Source: a virus
Length of the DNA: 64,000 nucleotides
Reading direction: 5' to 3' (one strand)
IMG/VR virus record: IMGVR_UViG_3300043803_000951
Location: 4,473 to 68,472 of that record
How positions within the stretch are numbered: position 1 is the first letter of the stretch; each line of letters begins with the position of its first letter. Shown one piece after another: positions 56,501-62,450 of this stretch. The position numbers and the translations under genes were made by a program. A model generated the notes under the pieces. That model was not told the DNA's origin and ran no database searches. It saw only the letters and a list, made by a program, of their open reading frames with translations.

Positions 56501-57894
56501 ACTTCGACAAGGTTATCAACCGGGTGCTGGCCGAGGATGCCAAGGAGTTCGAGCTGTGGCTGTCCCCCCATCTGTGGAACTGGGCTCGTAACCAGCCCGG
56601 AGCAACCGTTGAAGAGAAGATCGAGAATGCCCGCAAGTCAGTCATCCGCGGCAGCGATCTTGGAATCAGTGACGAGAACATAGCCTCCATCCGCGACTTC
56701 ATGAGTGCGGCTGGATCGCTGGAGTCGATGGCAATCCGGCTGCTGTCTGACAACGGGGACAAGAAGATGACCACGAAGAAGTCCTCCCTGAGCGATGGCG
56801 AGCTTCAGTCCGTCCAGTATGATGCTGGCCGGAAATACAACGTCCGCGCTTCCTCAACCTCCCCCGACGTGATGAAGGGTGGGCCGGGCATCAAGGGCAC
56901 GTTCAAGAATATCCTCCACACCTTCCTGAGCTGGACTTTCCACCGCATGGGGACGGACGCCAACCAGTTCTTCAAGAAGCGCGGCGGCGGATGGAAGAAG
57001 GAGGTAACGGCTGCATGGGGAGTCGCGATGCTGGTCTTGGCCACATTGCTCCTTGGCGCCATGGTAAAGATTCCGAAGGACATCTGGCGCTGGGTCACAG
57101 GCGATCCCGCCACGACCCCCAATATCCTCCAGGCTGTGGACAGCCCTGAGATGGCCATGCGCTACATGGCGGCATCAACCGCCCCGGTATTCCCGATTGG
57201 TGGTCAGGTCATCGCCGAGATGATGGGCGGGTCTGGTATCTCCAGCCCGCTGGACAACAACGTGCTGGACAACAACCCCCCAGCCCAGTTCCTCGCCTCC
57301 ATGGTCCAGACGGGCCAACGCATCTACCAGACGGGCGACCTCAAGTATCCGCTGGTGGACTTTGCCCGGAAGAACTTCTGGCCCGCCGGACTGGTCCTGA
57401 ACCGGGTAATGGAAGGGGATACCGAAGCCCGGGCTGCCAAGCGGGCTGTCCGGATGGCGGCTGCGGGGATGGAGGTCAGGCCGTCCGGAAGTGGAATTGG
57501 TTCCCGGGAAACTCCCATCACCCCCATCACCCGGAACGCCATCGCAGCCCTCTACGAGGGGGACACCGGGGCCTTCAATACGGCCAGGGAGAAGGCGATT
57601 GCCCACTACGTGGGTCAGGGGAAGACGCCCAAGGAGGCGGCCAAGCGGTTTGATTCCTCGGTGAGTGGGCGGGACCCGCTGCGATCTGTCCTTGGCCGGA
57701 ATCCCACCGAGGAGGAGGAAGCTACTATCCTCCGCCGGCTCAACCCCAGCCAGCGCCGGGCAGTCGGGAAGTCCCGGTCGCTGTTCCGCAAGCCCAAGAA
57801 GATCAGGTTGGGTAGGAGCAAGTCGCGGAAGGTCCGCCTTGGCAGGAAGCGGCCCGCTCGGCGTTCCTTGCGATTGCGGCGAGCTGCCTCTTAG
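47578..57894 (+). CDS. Giant polyvalent internal virion protein (3438 aa)
   Basis: FYSQL..., YFIEEIQG nuclease-like motif, WHEALH zincin motif, RYS/LFS linkers, C-terminal hydrophobic helix and basic tail. Confidence 0.8.
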   Translation: MPQYQLVDNETGRELLVESDSPPTEAEVSKLFQNHDAFKVAIAGPKGSEERRRVMAREVADQSRQTFTEESGGSTAGPLLSGTASLGQSLSAAGTKILGGAASGFEMLKEGLGAPEGGFSLPEPGKLPRTPAEVEQDIQANQVRQQARELQAQAEATYPVNPKYPWANLPGQVVGSVAQMLATGPARIPAYALSALEGGMEQARESGATPAQVQAQGLVEAATGAVSEKLLGLAPFLKDAGKMTARQFARQALTPTAGKVALQEAIQEPTEGILNRLSSKYVTGANPDEAVWDPQTLAMEAVGGGLGGAGLSIPTLAGAKIQRQRDVMGRRELGLAGRSEQQLQAELEAFNQGIQQSQLTGGGVELVQQTGDPYRNQLNLSAQNAPPQFQMVTSPRTARGLLRSETDSGLGDFAPPDGRTPIDQFIGRTRQAAVPSAEDRRAALEAGLTLPQDTGKFASDEPQVAIPPRYAQAPQLASLGTTPRTAMTTSPIDEAIMGGRLQRSTLPPINPQLQQLQDLAESELNAIERFPNRDTNRRDSLLGAAPQVVQMLDTRINNSIGKVSDAEVGRLMDLRERLAKFYNDQTAYNELTAEAIGVARDTRRPAPQMAAGLSQLEQSRQAQFPAGGAAVQPEQPQSIQPQGDLMARLREARQMDVLRQPSPMSAAQLGTGQPVGGPPAVADLTPFLQFYEAQASAPQAPVQAAPEAPVTQSAPVRRGVRMRAKTSRSIGMSRKPSQTITGSNVQTGTEMPVLPTGGEAPISRTESKPRQMSDEELAAMKVAKLKGAEHRGDGITFVPEKLMTPERRKAMKRGGSLIEVKPMADVTGVQTDRGYAILDRRSRIAFRGNEPVQAEAVDAYGIKPPKGYVRQGELYVYQPISRSEPAAAQGVATEGVGVSSSEETPAFGVRRYGDALFISIAEYNRLRPQIDERLAAGDEVAKRIDDIEVNAEQYVRSSAGFGALTPEGQEQAVGNFKTKLYQSAAKWLAGGEFQFSPPVIAKSVAMDIGKSVAEKDRKRTQSGETSEEDGEEVRGDFESLSERVMPKQPLKAPPAIRKADQDIVLVVANVRRQFGLNEAQMARIMGAYVDPEMEANLDDEELGVLERVRPMLARLENVRYSVAGGIQLTEQGPFYSQLTRTIQGMGQETMTVGQARSAIEKGAKKDEVAMSGIFTDPLSPLYGKQPGDKVTKSELIGYALERQAKVEDVVLGEPRGKNLSGTYQDRKTGEWVVSQNGREERFSSLNEAARRGDELNRIADQSRETSFSSYQLPGADEGSYREMFVTWPYTGKSLRVDLTPDNKWGVFSGKTLLEKYTDKIYAEHALKHRLNWRDGHSQYASIANPIVRIRRNIRTDANGKKTYFIEEIQGPQKANQEKMPPELRKRIYEIGMKRAIRDAVDSGADAIAWTTGQQQADRYDLSKQVLHVAWEKNDDGTYNINAPQPDGSPGVYKEDLSLDQVEELVGKDLAKKIESGEGRQQEKDGGYRSWKILEGVDLIGGDGLRRLYDQTLPSIANDLAKKFGVRVGMGEIATAAKYQFSPRAARDGTGKPILLNGVQAYVLQDIASGDYLADRNQNTFARRPQDGQLFSKGEADSIADKKTSDFKANVHSLAIPEAMKAAAKTGLPLFSLSSLIREPIGLARAQQAVARWKQENGVEGALIEVVDDPELMTPDGRPVAAMVRTIPGQPPVITVNAAQISSEQELIEKLWHEALHPVWEDQGVQRAWQEVLQTLPRNAIQAELARGYSPLEATMEAAINSAATQAANTPLRTAWKKFLDAVWEAMGRVFGFTTKPKDFEKLMEEALRSLSRPYNQEGELRYSVANTIAMVSSAKATKATLETSGDPQAVAMMGQAAASLINPAFSDLMNRLSVAEPGTADATTYTFLKAADNMAASGAAVVEWAQSHQDPIPAFTNLSDLPTGWRSVVGNVVMGAHLQLGQQMGSIDRAIERESAKLVEAAADLEDASKERLSAEAAETQALDLLDGLMRTIVVERKKIGTSSATLSRQQAEDQAKAIFGIKRNKLSALTIAIQTMAREMPVEGFVNNEAALAWFDERQSKNPILGDSAADVVKAFREALSRQADLTKRIEQVRAFTLDSVDAVREVGEIAKLIGKNKKATINNYAKLRSEYEAGFRRFKLASKKATDASTRLDGLLAAKEALSGLMASPEYLEKTNDAFLRGRGSLSGLMSEVKSDGRPTGVVEVYGPSAYVAAGNRVAKDKDLAALRRNSTIETWGKKGKEKSGTIYEIDYRPDFAIEAKNVEAIDRLSQEITQALNDESSPFYLTDPLARSSYTQLGAYLAQFVATNRYLIEQQLSDTMLLTVLKGGRIFSGKAGILSAFGGALYTTRMNAARAIGGRGGMEWEKANRASDLFEKKAGNVLKATRVENAVARRKAIESHGLNPDSREGIAQWSAHISSVIGSFQNPSQDRLKEGDYVGGMVVTKEDLKSAEIQKKFSTGVVGDFSSMTADLSEVVNPEEKFGSGDSAVLFTRAAEDYGLKTRRQFSQWGRQFKEDWATASEKDLEAFRLNQAQSTGDEPVPMVWTEREKLADREIEGPVYSHLTETNQEYSSKAPASIRPAYARLRSAIKAGRGPKTVEGIGEAISQLTSDAEGNATIDPITAKEALLGAIDLDVNAIGKAIGEWHQSTLGNSDLPDVLIGVKAANGALALARGKMVAPTWFYDYGLHDDMERAVFVAQGKRILLMKVYETMGTFKEAVRRNLDEANREIEENAKKRKANGDVVGYDAAEAEYDKKSKAKYRDGGEFATRKGLQRSFDTLEALQSELKSVLQVANEAAVDQLKARTIGSLARLQISVLLSSVSSILNNMTAVVADPWRTWSQSERFFLKVGKTTKAVKNAFKFMASDMVARLPASIRNKLTKKRKMVLISTVSDFLRTMMAERDMMEQTGQFEEFESIKDKVAAIRANPLSFGQSTTMESSKFERAMSWLYSKAIYGVAVAEWVRDRAPGYFDKVINRVLAEDAKEFELWLSPHLWNWARNQPGATVEEKIENARKSVIRGSDLGISDENIASIRDFMSAAGSLESMAIRLLSDNGDKKMTTKKSSLSDGELQSVQYDAGRKYNVRASSTSPDVMKGGPGIKGTFKNILHTFLSWTFHRMGTDANQFFKKRGGGWKKEVTAAWGVAMLVLATLLLGAMVKIPKDIWRWVTGDPATTPNILQAVDSPEMAMRYMAASTAPVFPIGGQVIAEMMGGSGISSPLDNNVLDNNPPAQFLASMVQTGQRIYQTGDLKYPLVDFARKNFWPAGLVLNRVMEGDTEARAAKRAVRMAAAGMEVRPSGSGIGSRETPITPITRNAIAALYEGDTGAFNTAREKAIAHYVGQGKTPKEAAKRFDSSVSGRDPLRSVLGRNPTEEEEATILRRLNPSQRRAVGKSRSLFRKPKKIRLGRSKSRKVRLGRKRPARRSLRLRRAAS

Positions 57895-58195
57895 TCAGCT
57901 TCTTGCTGGATAGATGGGAGAACGGGCGGTCCTTCGACTTGCTCGTTCTCCTGATGTATTTGCGGAGCTTGGATAGGTCCGAGAACTCGTAGCCACAACC
58001 CCGCAGGAAGTCGTCCACAACCCAAATTGGCTCGTCCGCCCATTCCGGTTGCTGGGAAATCCAAGAAACAACCCCAACTGGAAGTCCAGACTTATTCGCG
58101 ATCTCCTTCAGGGTCATGGGCTTCCCCCTCCCGCTCCGGGCGCTCATGCGGACTACGGGAGGGGGGAACTCGTTCAGGATGGAGAGGAGGGTCAT
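57803..58195 (-). CDS. HTH (XRE-like) DNA-binding protein
   Basis: MTLKEIANKSGLPVGVVSWI; 3' end overlaps giant gene convergently. Confidence 0.6.
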   Translation of the reverse strand: MTLLSILNEFPPPVVRMSARSGRGKPMTLKEIANKSGLPVGVVSWISQQPEWADEPIWVVDDFLRGCGYEFSDLSKLRKYIRRTSKSKDRPFSHLSSKKLTKRQLAAIARNAERAASCQGGPSATCSYPT

Positions 58196-58260
58196 TTGTG
58201 GTTGGTGGTGGTCTGGTAGCCAATATCGCCGCAATTTTGTGGCTCACTCAACTGTTCGGG

Positions 58261-58575
58261 CTATTCATCCGCGTAGTCCGCACAGTATTTTTCCCACGTT
58301 ATCGGCGTCGCCTTCATGCCTTCGCATCCCGGCAGTCCGCTCGCCACGAGCTTTGCCACCGTGTCGGCGCATTGCTCGTCAGTCGGCACTTTTCCGCACG
58401 GGCCAATTTTCAGTTTCACGCCAGCCTCACAAGGATTGCCCTGCTCATCTTCTCCGAGGCCAAAGACCTCGAAGAGCAGCAGGATGCTTTGTTCGTCCGC
58501 AGCCCAGCGCCAGCCAAGCCCGAACCTGTCAGTGGATCCAACGGCTACGCCGTCGGCGGTTTCAGTGGTATTCAT
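58261..58575 (-). CDS. Cassette 1 hypothetical protein
   Basis: ATG inside attC loop; stop next to the GTT core site. Confidence 0.7.
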   Translation of the reverse strand: MNTTETADGVAVGSTDRFGLGWRWAADEQSILLLFEVFGLGEDEQGNPCEAGVKLKIGPCGKVPTDEQCADTVAKLVASGLPGCEGMKATPITWEKYCADYADE

Positions 58576-58617
58576 AGTTTTTTCTCGGCGTAGCCGTGGC
58601 TCACTTCGGCGTTAGCT
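58519..58617 (+). other. attC-like site A
   Basis: CCCGAAC...GTG(G)ATCCA(A)CGGCTACGCCG / CGGCGTAGCCGTGGCTCAC...GTTAGCT. Confidence 0.8.
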
Positions 58618-58968
58618 GCCTTGCGGTGCGTCCATCACCCACACGATGTCAGACAGTCGCACGTCCACGCCACGCTCGGCGGGATAGGCGATTCGGTTGG
58701 CCTCTGGCTGTTCGTCCATCGGCTTGATGTCGAGATGCACCCATTCCTTGTTCAGCACTTTCGCAAATGAGAAGTCTATCACTTCCCCTGTGCGAAGCTT
58801 CATGGCGTAGTCGAAAGGGTCTTGGCACGCCTTGGCGAGAGCCGCACTTCCGGTCAGGATTTCGATTAGTCTGCCTTCCTCATTTTCATACGGTTCACCG
58901 GCAGCTAACAAGTCGCTGGAGGCAACAGCGCCCCCGCCTTCTGTTTTCGTTTGGTCTTGGTTGTTCAT
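58612..58968 (-). CDS. Cassette 2 hypothetical protein
   Basis: DPFDYAMKLRTGEVI...RGVDVRLSDIVWVMDAP; TAA stop lies in the core site. Confidence 0.75.
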   Translation of the reverse strand: MNNQDQTKTEGGGAVASSDLLAAGEPYENEEGRLIEILTGSAALAKACQDPFDYAMKLRTGEVIDFSFAKVLNKEWVHLDIKPMDEQPEANRIAYPAERGVDVRLSDIVWVMDAPQGS

Positions 58969-59028
58969 ATATTTTTGGTGTTGTCGGAGTCTTCCGCCGG
59001 GGCGCTGTGCCTCAGCTTGTCGTTAGGT
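58903..59028 (+). other. attC-like site B
   Basis: AGCTAAC...TG(G)AGGCA(A)CAGCGCCCC / GGGGCGCTGTGCCTCA...GTTAGGT. Confidence 0.85.
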
Positions 59029-59306
59029 GTCTCGCCGTAGATGCACGCAAAGTTTCCATCCGTCTCGACGCTATCCACGGTTGCGCCTTCCCATCCGCCG
59101 GAAGCGGTGATCGTGATGCCGTGTCGCAGCCGCACACAGACGCCATCCCACCATCCCTTGTCTGGTTCTTGGTTTCGGTCATACATTTCGCCCCATTCAG
59201 GGTTTGGCGTTTTCCAGTGCTTGCAGTCCCGACACCTAACCAGGGCGGTGCAGCGAATGACGCCGGGCGCATCTGGTTTGCAATCAGGAATCTTGGGTGG
59301 CGTCAT
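58965..59306 (-). CDS. Cassette 3 Cys-rich hypothetical protein
   Basis: CRDCKHW...GVC...FAC; ATGA overlaps inside attC sites at both ends. Confidence 0.7.
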   Translation of the reverse strand: MTPPKIPDCKPDAPGVIRCTALVRCRDCKHWKTPNPEWGEMYDRNQEPDKGWWDGVCVRLRHGITITASGGWEGATVDSVETDGNFACIYGETPNDKLRHSAPAEDSDNTKNI

Positions 59307-59327
59307 CGCTGACCTTTCTCGTTCGGC
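59234..59327 (+). other. attC-like site C
   Basis: ACCTAAC...GGT(G)CAGCGA(A)TGACGCC / GGCGTCATCGCTGACC...GTTCGGC. Confidence 0.85.
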
Positions 59328-59842
59328 TTCAAGAACGCGATCCAATGCGTCTGCGCCTGCTTGCCAGACTTGTGACCATAGAGCGGCAACATCGGTGTGA
59401 GCTTCAAGATTTCCGAGACGGGGTTTTCCGTGGCCGTCCACTTAAAGATGAGCGTGCCGCCCGGCTTGAGCACGCGGAAGCCCTCCGCGAATCCGGCGGC
59501 AATCATCTTCCGCCAGTCACCATCGAGCCACCCGTATTTCATCGCGAGGAATCCGATTTTTCCCGACCGCTCGAAGTGCGGCGGGTCGAACACGACATGC
59601 AGGAAGGTTTCATCCTCGAACGGCAGGGCAGTGAAGTCCGCGAGGATGTCCGGGTCGGTTTCCGTCCATTCTACCGTCCCGCGCTTCGGGCGGTTCATCG
59701 CGTGGCGTTCGCGGCGACGGTCAGAGAACACGGCCCGAGGGTCTTCTTTGTTGAACCACATCATGCGCGGGCCGCAGCACATATCCAGCACTGAAGCCGA
59801 ACCATGCGTTGCACCGGACGCCGTGGGCGATTCCGCCATCAT
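59303..59842 (-). CDS. Cassette 4: SAM-dependent amino-methyltransferase (probable DNA m6A/m4C)
   Basis: VLDMCCGPRMMWF, VVFDPPH, RVLKPGGTLIFKW. Confidence 0.85.
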   Translation of the reverse strand: MMAESPTASGATHGSASVLDMCCGPRMMWFNKEDPRAVFSDRRRERHAMNRPKRGTVEWTETDPDILADFTALPFEDETFLHVVFDPPHFERSGKIGFLAMKYGWLDGDWRKMIAAGFAEGFRVLKPGGTLIFKWTATENPVSEILKLTPMLPLYGHKSGKQAQTHWIAFLKPNEKGQR

Positions 59843-60489
59843 AGCATGATCCTCTCATACACCCCTGCCGTGGCCCGAAGATCATTCCGAAGATAATCCA
59901 GCGCACTTTCCGGGGCTTCCCGGTAAATACGGGCGAAGTGCGCCCCATTCCCGGTCTTCCCAGGAATCCCCAGCGCCTTGCAGACCGCATCCAGCCCATT
60001 CCCGGAGCGTTCCCGCCCCATCACCACCTCCTCCATGAGGTCAACGAAGTTGTCGTTCCAGTAGGAGCGACCACGAAACCGGTCAAGGAATCGCCCGGTG
60101 GGAATCCCGTGGACCGCACAGCGGAAGCGGATGAAGGGGAGGTCGAAGCCCTTGATGTTGAACCCACCCACCGCAATCTGCTGCTGTAGATACACGTTCA
60201 ACTGGCTGACAATCTTCCGCAGCGTGTCCTTCTCGTCATCCCCGTGGGCCAGCAGCAGGTCGCCATTAGGCTTACGGACGCCGGCTGCGATGACGAACCC
60301 CGTCAGCGGACTTAGGGCTGCGTCGCGGATGCGGGCTTCCTTCTTCTCCTCGATGGATGCCTTGATCTTCTCGGGGTCCTTGAGGTTCGCGGCGGCCTTG
60401 AACTCCGGCATGGAGGCGGCCAGTTGATCCTCGGGGAGCGGGGAGGTTTCGATGTCGAAGACGGCGTAGTCTGAGTTTGCTTGTTCCAT
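59839..60489 (-). CDS. DEDD 3'-5' exonuclease (PolB exonuclease-like)
   Basis: FDIET, GFNIKGFDLPFI, LDAVCKALG, YLRND. Confidence 0.85.
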   Translation of the reverse strand: MEQANSDYAVFDIETSPLPEDQLAASMPEFKAAANLKDPEKIKASIEEKKEARIRDAALSPLTGFVIAAGVRKPNGDLLLAHGDDEKDTLRKIVSQLNVYLQQQIAVGGFNIKGFDLPFIRFRCAVHGIPTGRFLDRFRGRSYWNDNFVDLMEEVVMGRERSGNGLDAVCKALGIPGKTGNGAHFARIYREAPESALDYLRNDLRATAGVYERIML

Positions 60490-60492
60490 AGG

Positions 60493-60669
60493 TCAGTTGA
60501 TTTTGCGGATGTTGGATGGCCCGTAGATGTGGAGGAATCCAGGCTCATGCTCCACCACATACCGGGTCTTCCCCGCCTTGGTGGTGAATACGGAGCGGAC
60601 TTCGCCCGTGAGTTGGAAATCTCCGGTGAACTTCTCCACCCGGTCGCCGATTTTGATTTGGTCTTCCAT
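60493..60669 (-). CDS. Small SH3-like hypothetical protein
   Basis: IGDRVEKFTGDF...RYVVE...LHIY. Confidence 0.65.
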   Translation of the reverse strand: MEDQIKIGDRVEKFTGDFQLTGEVRSVFTTKAGKTRYVVEHEPGFLHIYGPSNIRKIN

Positions 60670-60679
60670 TTGTAGTTTG

Positions 60680-60905
60680 TCAGTCAAAAGTAAAACCCCC
60701 ATTCCACGTAGTAACTGTCCAGAAACACCGCTTCCTGAGGGTATCCGCCCCACACGGGGAGGACAAATTGGATGGGCACTTGCCCCAAGTTCAGCGCACT
60801 CCCGTCTTGTCACGGGCGGTCCAAACGCCAGAAGGCGGCAACAGCGCGGCAGTTGACGAATGCGCTGAACTTGAGAGACAGGTCCTTGCCCGGCCTGTCA
60901 GCGGG
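60680..60905 (-). ncRNA. Candidate structured non-coding RNA
   Basis: 16-bp inverted repeat 60786-60801/60858-60873 plus other hairpins in a 240-bp intergenic gap. Confidence 0.35.
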
Positions 60906-60913
60906 ATTGTGGA

Positions 60914-61528
60914 CTAGGCCCAGTCGTCCGGTTCGGTCTGGGACGTGGAACCTGCGGCGACGAGCTTCTTGTATTCCTCACTCGCAACAACCTTCTTCTC
61001 CAGCCACTCAGGCAGCTCGGCCACCTTCAAGTCCTCGGGGGATTCAAGTTGGGCGACGGTGAAGGTTGTGGGGACTGTCTTGGCGACAATCTGCTGGCCC
61101 TTAGGGGCGGGCAGGATCGCGGTGATGTTGGCGTAGGTCTTCCCATTGCTGTCCTCATGGAGGACGTTAACCTGACAGGGACGACCCACCAGCTTGCTCA
61201 CGTCGAAGGCGTTGGCCACCTCGTCGGACGGGAACGACTTGCCGAACCAGCTCTCAATGGAGGGACGCAGCATACCCTTCGGGTGCATGGAGGCGGTGAA
61301 CGTCTTGCTCAGGCAGCGGGGCTCGTCCGGCTGGCCGTCCCGCTTGACGGGGGGCTGGTCGGGGAGCTCGAACTGGAGGACGTATTTGCGCTTGGTCTTG
61401 CCAAACTTCTCGTCGATGTGGGTGCCGATGTCGAACAGTCCGACACAGACTGCGGGGTGGACACCGGGCTCGACCGAGGGGCCTGAATTTGCACCGGCGC
61501 CGGGGATGAATGGGTTTGTGGTAGTCAT
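60914..61528 (-). CDS. Putative ssDNA-binding/replication protein
   Basis: AVCVGLFDIGT...SKTFTASMHPK...FDVSKLVGRPCQVNV; acidic-aromatic tail EPDDWA. Confidence 0.7.
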   Translation of the reverse strand: MTTTNPFIPGAGANSGPSVEPGVHPAVCVGLFDIGTHIDEKFGKTKRKYVLQFELPDQPPVKRDGQPDEPRCLSKTFTASMHPKGMLRPSIESWFGKSFPSDEVANAFDVSKLVGRPCQVNVLHEDSNGKTYANITAILPAPKGQQIVAKTVPTTFTVAQLESPEDLKVAELPEWLEKKVVASEEYKKLVAAGSTSQTEPDDWA

Positions 61529-61561
61529 TGTGATTTTGAATTGAACCGTTGTTGACGACGT

Positions 61562-61628
61562 GAGGTTGGGTCGGATGACGGAAGTTGTCAATAGGCAACT
61601 TGACATTCCTTGGGATCGGACGCAGTTT
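61562..61628. promoter_or_regulatory. Back-to-back divergent sigma70-like promoters
   Basis: TTGACA on minus strand (61586-61591, 17 bp, CAACCT) and plus strand (61600-61605, 17 bp, CAGTTT). Confidence 0.55.
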
Positions 61629-61636
61629 TTCCGCCG

Positions 61637-61909
61637 ATGAAGTTCGGTCGCAACTACATGAGCAAGGTGGACTGGAAGCTCCAGGATTCCGTCCTTGCCC
61701 GCAAACTGGGATGCAGCCCCACCACCGTATGGAGATGGCGGAAGGCCCTCCGGCAACCCAACCCGTTGATGTATCGTGCCCATCCCGGCCTATCCAAGAA
61801 CAACAGGCGGGAGGGGTGGGACTGGTCGCTGAGGGATGTGGACCTTGCCAAGAAATACAAGCTGAGCCGGGAGCGGGTGCGACAAATCAGAAAGGCCCTT
61901 GGGAAATGA
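61637..61909 (+). CDS. Double-HTH DNA-binding protein
   Basis: LARKLGCSPTTVWRWRK and LAKKYKLSRERVRQIRK. Confidence 0.7.
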   Translation: MKFGRNYMSKVDWKLQDSVLARKLGCSPTTVWRWRKALRQPNPLMYRAHPGLSKNNRREGWDWSLRDVDLAKKYKLSRERVRQIRKALGK

Positions 61910-62271
61910 CCTTCAACCCCGAAACCATAGCGGCCGTGGAATCCCTCCTCGCCCACATCCGGGCTGGAACTCCACGTCCAGAAACCATCGCCCACGAAAC
62001 CCCCATCAACCCCGTGGAGCTGGAGGAGGTTGTCAACCACGGGTCCATGAAGTTCCTGCCTGCCGATCTGGACATCCTCGCCGAGGCGGGCAGTGAGTGG
62101 ATGGTGAGGAACCGTAAGCCTGACAAGAACGGGATGATGCCCCCGCTTCAGGTCAAGCAGTGGAGGACCGTGATTCGCCATCGACTTTTTTGGGCCTCCC
62201 TCACAGCCCCATCTTCCGCGTGGGCAGCCTCAACCCTGTGCAATCCCATCGCGGCTCACACGAACCTGTGA
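61906..62271 (+). CDS. Hypothetical protein
   Basis: Coupled starts and stops. Confidence 0.6.
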   Translation: MTFNPETIAAVESLLAHIRAGTPRPETIAHETPINPVELEEVVNHGSMKFLPADLDILAEAGSEWMVRNRKPDKNGMMPPLQVKQWRTVIRHRLFWASLTAPSSAWAASTLCNPIAAHTNL

Positions 62272-62450
62272 CCGCTGCGGAAGCCATCGCCTCCGTTGAC
62301 GCTGGCAAACCCATCAACCCCGACGACTACGACCAACTCATCCGGGCTGCCACTGGCGACTACGGAAGTCCCGAACGATTCAAGCTGTCCGTCTACCGCA
62401 AACTGAACCAACTGCTATGGGAAAAACAGAAGCCAAAGAAATCCCGCTGA
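62268..62450 (+). CDS. Small hypothetical protein
   Basis: GTGA overlap. Confidence 0.5.
   Translation: MTAAEAIASVDAGKPINPDDYDQLIRAATGDYGSPERFKLSVYRKLNQLLWEKQKPKKSR

Larger units (their letters stand above)
58239..59842. mobile_element. Integron-type gene cassette array (4 cassettes, no adjacent IntI)
   Basis: Three full and two half attC-like sites; complementary cassette ends. Confidence 0.8.

Noticed and set aside
47578-57894. N4-like virion RNA polymerase because of similar size
   Set aside because: No polymerase catalytic motif recognised by eye; polyvalent-protein motifs present instead
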